This document shows positions 25,118 through 31,537 of a stretch of 31,537 nucleotides of DNA, piece by piece. This DNA comes from Actinomycetota bacterium (GTDB taxonomy: Bacteria > Actinomycetota > UBA4738 > CALAEC01). Under the pieces are notes generated by a model. That model was not told the origin of the DNA. It did no database searches and saw only the letters and a program-made list of their open reading frames with translations. The stretch spans positions 1-31,537 of the forward strand of contig DASUTZ010000048.1 in assembly GCA_036374295.1 (NCBI GenBank), written 5' to 3'. Each line of letters begins with the position of its first letter. Within the stretch, counting starts at the first letter, position 1. The position numbers were made by a program, and so were the translations under genes.

Positions 25118-26118
25118 CCGTGGGGGGTGAAGTCCGAGAGGATCCGCCGGTAGTTCTCCACGATCGCCGAGCGATCCGGGCCCACCCAGGCCCCGCCCAG
25201 GACGATCCGATCCACGAGGCCGTCGTAGGCGGCGAGCTGCTCGCGACAGGCCTCGGGCGGCCCGCAGATCGCATACGTGTCCACCATCGACATGGCGAGG
25301 TCGGCCATCCGCTCGAGATCGCGAGCGGCGTGAGCCTCCCGGAGCGGCGCCGACAGCTCCTCGAACCCGTGGAGGGCCAGCACCGGCTTGTACGTCCGGG
25401 TCGTGGCGTAGAAGGCGACCTGGTACGCGGCCTGACGGCGAGCCGTCTCGACGTCGTCGTGGACCTGCATGATCACGCTCGTGGTGAGGTCGACCTCGCT
25501 CGGATCGCGCCCGGCGGCGGCCGCTCCCCGCTCCACGGCCGGCCTGACCACCTCGGCCACGTAGGCCGGCGACGTCATCGGGTGCCCCAGGAGCCCGTCG
25601 TAGACGCGGCCCGCCGTCTCGATCATCTTCTCGTTGACCCCCGCGAGGTAGAGGGGGATGCGAGGTACGGACGAGGCGCCGGGGAAGGGAGGCATCGTGA
25701 TCTCGTAGAAGCGGCCGCGGTGATCGATCGGCTCCCCGTCAAAGGTGGCGAGCACCCCGCGCACGACCTCCGCGTACTCGGCCATCTTCGGCGCGGGGTG
25801 CTCGAACGGCACCCCGAACCGCTGGACGTTCACCCGCTTCACCTGCGAGCCGAGACCGAGCACGAAGCGACCCCCCGACAGCTCCTGAAGATCGCGGGCC
25901 GTGGAGGCCACGACGGTGGGGCTCCGGGGGAAGGCGAGCGCGATCGCGGTACCGATCGTGACCCTCGAGGTCGACTGCGCGGCCACCGCGGCCTGGACGA
26001 ACGGCGTATGCGAGGTCTCCGCCACCCAGACGCTCTCGTAGCCGCCGGCCTCAGCGGCCTTCGCCAGGTCCGCGATGAGGGACATGTGCCCCCCGACGAC
26101 GATGCCGATGTCGGGCAC
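25114..26118 (-). CDS. LLM-class (probably F420-dependent, MSMEG_2256-like) oxidoreductase
   Basis: WVAET, GTAIALAFPRSP, DLQELSGGRFVLGLGSQVK, YLAGVN and DGLLGHP motifs. GTG lies 7 nt after TAGACT. Confidence 0.88.
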   Translation of the reverse strand: MPDIGIVVGGHMSLIADLAKAAEAGGYESVWVAETSHTPFVQAAVAAQSTSRVTIGTAIALAFPRSPTVVASTARDLQELSGGRFVLGLGSQVKRVNVQRFGVPFEHPAPKMAEYAEVVRGVLATFDGEPIDHRGRFYEITMPPFPGASSVPRIPLYLAGVNEKMIETAGRVYDGLLGHPMTSPAYVAEVVRPAVERGAAAAGRDPSEVDLTTSVIMQVHDDVETARRQAAYQVAFYATTRTYKPVLALHGFEELSAPLREAHAARDLERMADLAMSMVDTYAICGPPEACREQLAAYDGLVDRIVLGGAWVGPDRSAIVENYRRILSDFTPHG

Positions 26119-26257
26119 GGGCGGCAGTCTACCCGCCGCAGGGGGACACCGCCGTTCAGCCCAGCTCGTCGGAACGGCGACCCGCCGAACTCCCGGTCGT
26201 GCTCCTCGATGTGCCGGGGCCTTGCACCCGGCTTCCACGCCCCGGTAGCCTGCGACC

Positions 26258-26716
26258 GTGCCGACGCTCTACGAGTGGCTGAAGTTCGCTCACGTGCTGC
26301 TGGCCATCATCGCCGTCGGCTTCAACGCCTCGTACGCGATCTGGCTGGCCCGAGCGGCGAGGCACCCGGAGCGCGAATCGTTCGCCCTGCGCACGATCAA
26401 GACGCTGGACGACCGGTTCGCCAACCCCGCCTACGGGCTCCTGCTCGTCACCGGGCTCCTGATGATCTGGAACGCCGACATCCCGATCTCCACCTTCTGG
26501 ATCTCGACCTCGATCGGGATCTACGTCGGGGTTCTCCTCCTCGGCCTCGGGGTGTACACCCCGACCCTCCGCAAGCAGATCCGCGAGCTGGAGGACGACG
26601 GTCCGCGCTCCCCCGCCTATCAGCGCCTGTCGACCCGAGGGACGGTGGTCGGGATCCTCCTGGGAGTGATGGTCGTCGTGATCGTCTTCCTGATGGTGAC
26701 GAAGCCGACGCTCTGA
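26258..26716 (+). CDS. DUF2269-like membrane protein
   Basis: WLKFAHVLLAIIAVG, LLVTGLLM and a terminal FLMVTKP; four hydrophobic segments. TTGCAC-N18-TAGCCT promoter, with TAGCCT ending 6 nt before the GTG. Confidence 0.8.
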   Translation: MPTLYEWLKFAHVLLAIIAVGFNASYAIWLARAARHPERESFALRTIKTLDDRFANPAYGLLLVTGLLMIWNADIPISTFWISTSIGIYVGVLLLGLGVYTPTLRKQIRELEDDGPRSPAYQRLSTRGTVVGILLGVMVVVIVFLMVTKPTL

Positions 26717-26720
26717 CCGA

Positions 26721-27440
26721 GTGGACGCGCGGGCGGCGGCCCAGGAGCTCGAGCGGCGCCTCGGAGCGGTAGCCCGGGCCGAACGGGCCGAGCAGGAACG
26801 ACGCTACCTGAAGAGCTCGCTGCGCCACCTCGGCGTCAGCGTCCCGGCGATCCGCCGGACGGCCTTGGGCTTCCTCGAGGAACACGAGCTCGATCGGTCC
26901 GAGCTCCTGGCGCTTGCCCGGGCCCTGTGGAAGGAGCCGGTCCACGAGCGGAGGATGGCGGCGGTCGAGATCCTCGCCGAGCGGGCCGACCTGCTGCGGC
27001 CCGATGACCTTCCCTTTGTCGAGGAGCTGCTCCGCGAGTCCCGTACGTGGGCCCTCGTGGATCCCCTCGCGATCCAGGTGGCCGGCTCGCTCGTCGATCG
27101 GTGGCCCGAGCTCGGCTCGACCCTGGATCGGTGGGCCGGCGACGACGACTTCTGGATCCGTCGGTCGGCCCTGCTCGCGCTGCTGCCCGGCCTGCGAGCC
27201 GGCGCGGGGAGCCTTAACCGCTTCCTGGGCTACGCTGACGCCATGCTCGAGGAGCGCGAGTTCTTCATCCGGAAGGCGATCGGGTGGGTGCTGCGCGAGA
27301 CGGGCAAGCGTCGCCCGGGCGTCGTGGCCCGGTGGCTCGGGCCGCGAGCGGGCCGAGCATCGGGCGTGACCCTGCGCGAGGCGGTCAAGCATCTGTCCGA
27401 GGGGCAGCGGGAACGGATCCTGCGAGCCGCCGGACGCTGA
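26721..27440 (+). CDS. DNA alkylation repair protein (AlkD-like HEAT-repeat)
   Basis: HLGVSVPAIRR, LWKEPVHERR, WALVDPLA, WAGDDDFWIRRSA, EFFIRKAIGWVLRE and LREAVKHL motifs. Confidence 0.88.
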   Translation: MDARAAAQELERRLGAVARAERAEQERRYLKSSLRHLGVSVPAIRRTALGFLEEHELDRSELLALARALWKEPVHERRMAAVEILAERADLLRPDDLPFVEELLRESRTWALVDPLAIQVAGSLVDRWPELGSTLDRWAGDDDFWIRRSALLALLPGLRAGAGSLNRFLGYADAMLEEREFFIRKAIGWVLRETGKRRPGVVARWLGPRAGRASGVTLREAVKHLSEGQRERILRAAGR

Positions 27441-27452
27441 GGAGGAGGCGCC

Positions 27453-27890
27453 ATGATGAGGAACCGGGTGCCGGCCCTCGCCCTGCTCGTCGCCCTCGTG
27501 GCGGCGGGATGCGGGGGCGGCGAAGAAACGGTGGAGGTCACCCTCCAGGAGTTCGCGGTGCTGCCCGCCCAGGACACCGTCTCCGCCGGGTCGGTGACCT
27601 TCGACGCCACGAACGAGGGGCCCGACGACCCTCACGAGCTCGTGGTCATCCAAACCGACCTCGCCCCCGAGGAGCTCCCGACCACCGATGAGGGCGGGGT
27701 CGACGAGGAGGGCGAGGGCATCGAGGTCATCGGAGAGATCGAGGAGTTCCCCGTCGGGGAGACCGAGTCGGCGACCTTCGACCTCGACGCGGGCGACTAC
27801 GTGCTCATCTGCAACATTGTCGAGGAGGAGGACGGCGAGCTCGAGGCTCACTACGAGCTGGGGATGCGGGTCGGCTTCACCGTGGAGTGA
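27453..27890 (+). CDS. Cupredoxin (type-1 blue copper) lipoprotein
   Basis: Lipobox VAAGC (Cys20). Ligand set PHEL (His) and LICNIVEEEDGELEAHYELGM (Cys/His/Met). GGAGGAGG SD. Confidence 0.85.
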   Translation: MMRNRVPALALLVALVAAGCGGGEETVEVTLQEFAVLPAQDTVSAGSVTFDATNEGPDDPHELVVIQTDLAPEELPTTDEGGVDEEGEGIEVIGEIEEFPVGETESATFDLDAGDYVLICNIVEEEDGELEAHYELGMRVGFTVE

Positions 27891-27897
27891 GCGGGGT

Positions 27898-28986
27898 TCA
27901 GCGCGGGGGTGCGGCGCCCGGCTCCTCGTCGTAGACGACTACGGAGCGGATCGGGTGGCCCTCGCGCGTCTCGAGAGCGCGTAGGCCCTCGGAGAAGGCC
28001 TCGAGCGGCCACCGGTGGGTGACCGAGCGGCCCAGGTCGAGGTCGCCCCGCTCGACCATCGCCAGCAGCTCCTCGAGGTCGCGGGGAGACGACCCGAACG
28101 AGCCAACCACCTCGAGCTCCTGCGAGACGAGCAGGGCCGAGGGGAGGAGGTCGAGCGGAGCCGGCGTGAGGCCCACGATCGTGGCCCGGCCCCCCGGGCG
28201 GAGGGACTTCACCGCCTGGCTCTGCGAGGCGGGGCTCCCCACGAACTCGAATGCTCGATCCACCCCGCCGCCGGAGCGGCCGCGGATCTCGCGGGCCGGC
28301 TTGCCGTCGTCGGCGTCGATCGTCTCGTCCGCTCCCCACGCCAGGGCTCGCTCCAGGTTGGCCGGGTCGAGGTCCACGCCCGCCACCCATGAGGCCCCCA
28401 GAGCTCGCGCCAGCAGGAGCGCGTGCATCCCCAGACCTCCCAGGCCGAAGATCGCGCACGACATCCCCGGCTCGAACCCCGAGCGCCGCATCGCGTGGAA
28501 CGGGGTGGCCACCGCGTCGGTCAGGATGGCCGCCTGCTCGAGGGGGATCCCCCCCGGCACCGGCAGGAGGTCCCGATCGCGGGCCACCGCGTACTCGGCC
28601 TGCGAGCCGTCGCCGTCGATCCCCGGGATCTCCAGCCGCGCGCAGAGCGATTCGCGACCGGCCGCGCAGGCGGGGCACTCGCCGCAGGCCCTGGCCATCA
28701 GCACCGCCACGCGGTCCCCGACCGACCACGACGTCACGCCCTCACCGAGCATCTCCACCACACCGGCGGCCTCGTGCCCCAGGATGAGGGGCGTCGGACC
28801 GCCCGGCGTGGTCCCGTCCACAACGTGGAGGTCGCTGGCGCAGATGCCGCAGGCGGCGATCCGCACCAGGACCTCGCCCGGTGCCGGCTCGGGGACCGGG
28901 ACCTCGTCCACCGAGATCAGCTCGCGCTCGTCGTCGGACCGGACGCTGTGCAGGCGGGCCGCCCGCATCGTGGTCGGTACGCTCAT
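27898..28986 (-). CDS. Zinc-binding alcohol dehydrogenase (MDR family)
   Basis: CGICASDLH, GHEAAG, structural Zn site CGECPACAAGRESLC, and GLGGLG. Confidence 0.93.
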   Translation of the reverse strand: MSVPTTMRAARLHSVRSDDERELISVDEVPVPEPAPGEVLVRIAACGICASDLHVVDGTTPGGPTPLILGHEAAGVVEMLGEGVTSWSVGDRVAVLMARACGECPACAAGRESLCARLEIPGIDGDGSQAEYAVARDRDLLPVPGGIPLEQAAILTDAVATPFHAMRRSGFEPGMSCAIFGLGGLGMHALLLARALGASWVAGVDLDPANLERALAWGADETIDADDGKPAREIRGRSGGGVDRAFEFVGSPASQSQAVKSLRPGGRATIVGLTPAPLDLLPSALLVSQELEVVGSFGSSPRDLEELLAMVERGDLDLGRSVTHRWPLEAFSEGLRALETREGHPIRSVVVYDEEPGAAPPR

Positions 28987-29030
28987 CGGCGCCAGCCTAC
29001 CCGCCCTCCCGTGACGGGTACAGTGGGGGC

Positions 29031-29801
29031 GTGCAGCGGATCGTCGAGACCATCGTGCTGACCGAGGAGGACCTCCGGGTCCTGGGCGAGACCGACTTCG
29101 GCGTCCCGGGCCTGATCGCCCACGAGTGGATCGGCCCCTTCGTCGAGGTGCAGGCCGTGGGGCCGCTCATCATGGTCCACGACGGGATCTTCGATCCCCG
29201 GAAGGGCATCACGCACCACCCCCACCGGCTGAACGAGCGGCTCTTCTACATCCTCGAGGGCACGGTGGACCACGACGATGCGCTGAACGGCATCACCGGC
29301 CACATGGGCACCGGCGACCTGGGGCGGCTCACGGAGGGACGCCGCGGGATGTTCCACCAGGAGTGGAACAACACCGACGGGCGAGCCCGGGCCTTCATCC
29401 TCGTCTACGGGACCGACCCCGTGCCCCCGACCGCCTCCTTCCAGGCCCTGCGCGACGCCGACGCCCCTCGCTACCAGGCGTTCCCGGGCGTGGAGTCCAA
29501 GGAGATCGTGGGCCCGAAGGCCGACCTGCCGCTGCACGGCGACGTCCGTCTGTGGACCGACGACCGGATGGAGCAGGAGTCCGAGAGCGCGCTGGAGCTC
29601 GAGGAGGGCGAAGGCGGCCTGGTGTTCCCGATCGAGGGGGCCGTGGTCGTGGACGGGTCGGAGCTCCGGCCCGAGGCGATGGCGGTCCTTCCCCCGGGCG
29701 GGTCCTCGCGGAGCGTTGCGGTCTCGTCGCCGGAGGGAGCTCGCGTGCTGCGCGTCGTGTTCGGGCCCGGCTACGGCCTGGCCCTGCGTTCCGCGACCTA
29801 G
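29031..29801 (+). CDS. Pirin family (bicupin) protein
   Basis: HHPHRLNE..FYILEG...H.D and GMFHQEWN supply the His/His/His/Glu metal ligands. Confidence 0.85.
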   Translation: MQRIVETIVLTEEDLRVLGETDFGVPGLIAHEWIGPFVEVQAVGPLIMVHDGIFDPRKGITHHPHRLNERLFYILEGTVDHDDALNGITGHMGTGDLGRLTEGRRGMFHQEWNNTDGRARAFILVYGTDPVPPTASFQALRDADAPRYQAFPGVESKEIVGPKADLPLHGDVRLWTDDRMEQESESALELEEGEGGLVFPIEGAVVVDGSELRPEAMAVLPPGGSSRSVAVSSPEGARVLRVVFGPGYGLALRSAT

Positions 29802-30112
29802 ACGATCAGGTTCCGATCGTCGAGCGGGTAGTCCACGCGGATCACCTCACAGTCGCGTGAGAACACCCACTCGCTGAACGACGTGTGCGCGGGCTGCGAA
29901 TAGTAGGCCTGGTGGGCCTCCTCGCTCTCGAACTCGGTGAGCAGCAGGTACTCGTAGCCCTCGTTGCGGCCGCTGACGTCCCTGCCGAGCCGCAGGCCCG
30001 TGAATCCGGGGATCGTCTCGGGCCACGCCCGGACCCGATCGAACATCTCCCGCTCCTCGTCCTCCGACAGCGGACGAGCGAACTTGAACAACACCACGTG
30101 CTGCGCTCGCAC
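29798..30112 (-). CDS. Dabb (stress-responsive A/B barrel) family protein
   Basis: HVVLFKF, IPG, G.D.S, YLLLTEFES and Y...P.H motifs. GGAGGTG SD. Confidence 0.85.
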   Translation of the reverse strand: MRAQHVVLFKFARPLSEDEEREMFDRVRAWPETIPGFTGLRLGRDVSGRNEGYEYLLLTEFESEEAHQAYYSQPAHTSFSEWVFSRDCEVIRVDYPLDDRNLIV

Positions 30113-30117
30113 GGCTC

Positions 30118-30156
30118 CACCTCCAGGCCGCATGGTAGCGTGCGGCCCTGGAGGTG
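30118..30156. repeat. 15-bp near-perfect inverted repeat spanning the Dabb/aminotransferase divergent region
   Basis: CACCTCCAGGCCGCA-TGGTAGCG-TGCGGCCCTGGAGGTG; the arms differ by one extra C. Confidence 0.85.
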
Positions 30157-30159
30157 AGC

Positions 30160-31341
30160 ATGAGGGCGACGACCGACTGGGGGTTCGCGCGCAGGACGCG
30201 CGTCGATGTGGGCGAGGGTCTGGCGTCGATCCTCGCGCTGTCGGGCGCCACCGACCTCATCTCGTTCGCGGGGGGCTTCCCCGACCCCGAGACCTTCCCC
30301 ACCGACGAGCTCGCCGCGCTGGTGCAGCGAGTGTCCCAGGACCCCGCGGCACTCCAGTACGCGCCGACGCCGGGCCTGCCGGGTCCGCGGGCCTTCCTGG
30401 CGGACCGGCTCGAGACGCGCGAGGGCCAGCGCCCGAGCGACGAGGAGCTGCTCATCACGAGCGGCGGGATCGAGGCCCTCGAGCTGCTCGGGAAGAGCCT
30501 GATCGACCCCGGGGACCTCGTGCTCGTCGAAGGGCCGACCTACCTCGGAGCGATCATGGCCTTCCGCAGCTTCGAGGCGGACGTGGTGGCGGTTCCGATG
30601 GACGACGACGGGCTCGACGTGGGGCGGCTCGAGGCGACGGTCCGGGAGCGCGGCCGGCCGAAGCTCCTGTACACGATCCCCGACCACCAGAACCCCGCGG
30701 GGGTCAGCCTGGCCGAGGAGCGGCGTTCCGCGCTGGTGGAGGTGGCGCGGCGCCACGGGTTCCTCGTGGTGGAGGACGTCGCATACCGGGAGCTCGGGTT
30801 CACGGAGGATCGCCCCCCGAGCCTCTGGGCGCTGGGACCCGACGTGGTCGTGCAGGCCGGGACGTTCTCCAAGACCTTCTTCCCTGGGGTGCGGCTGGGC
30901 TGGGCGGCCGGCCCGGCCGAGGTCGTGGCCCAGATGGTGAACGCGAAGCAGAACACCGACCAGTGTGCGGGCGCGCTCGGCCAGCGGCTGCTCGAGGAGT
31001 ACGGCCGCCGCGGCCTCCTCGACGAGCAGATCGACCGGGCGCGCGGCATCTACCGCTCGCGGCGAGACACCGCGATGAGCGCTCTCGAGCGCCACGTCGG
31101 CGACCGCGCCACCTGGACGCACCCGCACGGCGGCTTCTTCACCTGGCTGGAGCTGGCCGAGGACGGCGCGGATGTCGCGAGGCGTGCGCTCCAGGCGGGC
31201 GTCGCGGTCGTCCCCGGGAGGCCGTTCTTCAGCGGCGTGGGCGGGGAGCGCAACATCCGCATCTCCTACAGCCAGGCCTCGGAGGAGCGGCTCGAGGAGG
31301 GAATCGCTTTGCTCGGCCCGATCGTCAGGGCACGGGCCTGA
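30160..31341 (+). CDS. PLP-dependent aminotransferase class I/II (LysN/MocR-domain type, no HTH)
   Basis: ISFAGGFPDP, LQY, EGPTY, YTIPDHQNPAG, VEDVAY and GTFSKTFFPGVRLGW motifs. Confidence 0.92.
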   Translation: MRATTDWGFARRTRVDVGEGLASILALSGATDLISFAGGFPDPETFPTDELAALVQRVSQDPAALQYAPTPGLPGPRAFLADRLETREGQRPSDEELLITSGGIEALELLGKSLIDPGDLVLVEGPTYLGAIMAFRSFEADVVAVPMDDDGLDVGRLEATVRERGRPKLLYTIPDHQNPAGVSLAEERRSALVEVARRHGFLVVEDVAYRELGFTEDRPPSLWALGPDVVVQAGTFSKTFFPGVRLGWAAGPAEVVAQMVNAKQNTDQCAGALGQRLLEEYGRRGLLDEQIDRARGIYRSRRDTAMSALERHVGDRATWTHPHGGFFTWLELAEDGADVARRALQAGVAVVPGRPFFSGVGGERNIRISYSQASEERLEEGIALLGPIVRARA

Positions 31342-31537
31342 CGAGGATCACGGCCCGTTCGTCCCAGCCCTCGAGCGCGAGCTCGCGCAGGGGGAGGAAG
31401 CCAAGCGCTCTGTAGAACGCCCTGGTGTCGGCGTAGTTGTCGGTCTCCCGCCAGTCGGGCTCGGACTCCACCACGGTCAGGACCGAGAGAAACTGTACTC
31501 CGGCGCCCGCGAGATCGCTCACACAGCGCTCGACCAG
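31325..31537 (-). CDS. GNAT-family acetyltransferase, 3' part only (5' end outside the window)
   Basis: The frame is open from the window edge: LVERCVSDLAGAGVQFLSVLT...NYADTRAFYRALGF, matching GNAT motif B. Confidence 0.72.
   Translation of the reverse strand: MVERCVSDLAGAGVQFLSVLTVVESEPDWRETDNYADTRAFYRALGFLPLRELALEGWDERAVILVRPVP

Noticed and set aside
26150-26245. Two short inverted repeats (CGCCGTTC/GAACGGCG and CCGGGGC/GCCCCGG) in the LLM/DUF2269 intergenic region
   Set aside because: 7-8 bp GC-rich arms with long loops are expected by chance, and they are not repeated elsewhere in the window.

Overview
Very GC-rich, densely packed chromosomal segment from an Actinomycetota-like bacterium; the assignment rests on the WhiB1, SigH/SigR-RshA, BldC and F420-type LLM genes. 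It holds about 40 CDSs. No rRNA, tRNA, CRISPR array, integrase or transposase was recognised. Main blocks: (1) a secreted PGRP-type amidase with RTX-like repeats, gabT, a VOC protein and a DrrAB-type ABC exporter behind a SigH/SigR-like promoter; (2) DAG-kinase family gene, whiB1, bioY and nth; (3) a three-gene TasA-like pilin / SipW / DNRLRE-domain operon; (4) a compact trp operon with a Trp-rich leader peptide and attenuator missing from the ORF track, a half trpG, no trpE and a trpC-trpF fusion; (5) a sigH-rshA-Zn-finger-bldC regulatory string; (6) an ftsH-like gene, a fusion of a CysRS anticodon-binding-type domain to a GT2 domain coupled to an F420-type LLM oxidoreductase, and a very acidic cupredoxin lipoprotein. 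Many genes appear leaderless. Family assignments come from motif recognition by eye; no searches or folding were run.
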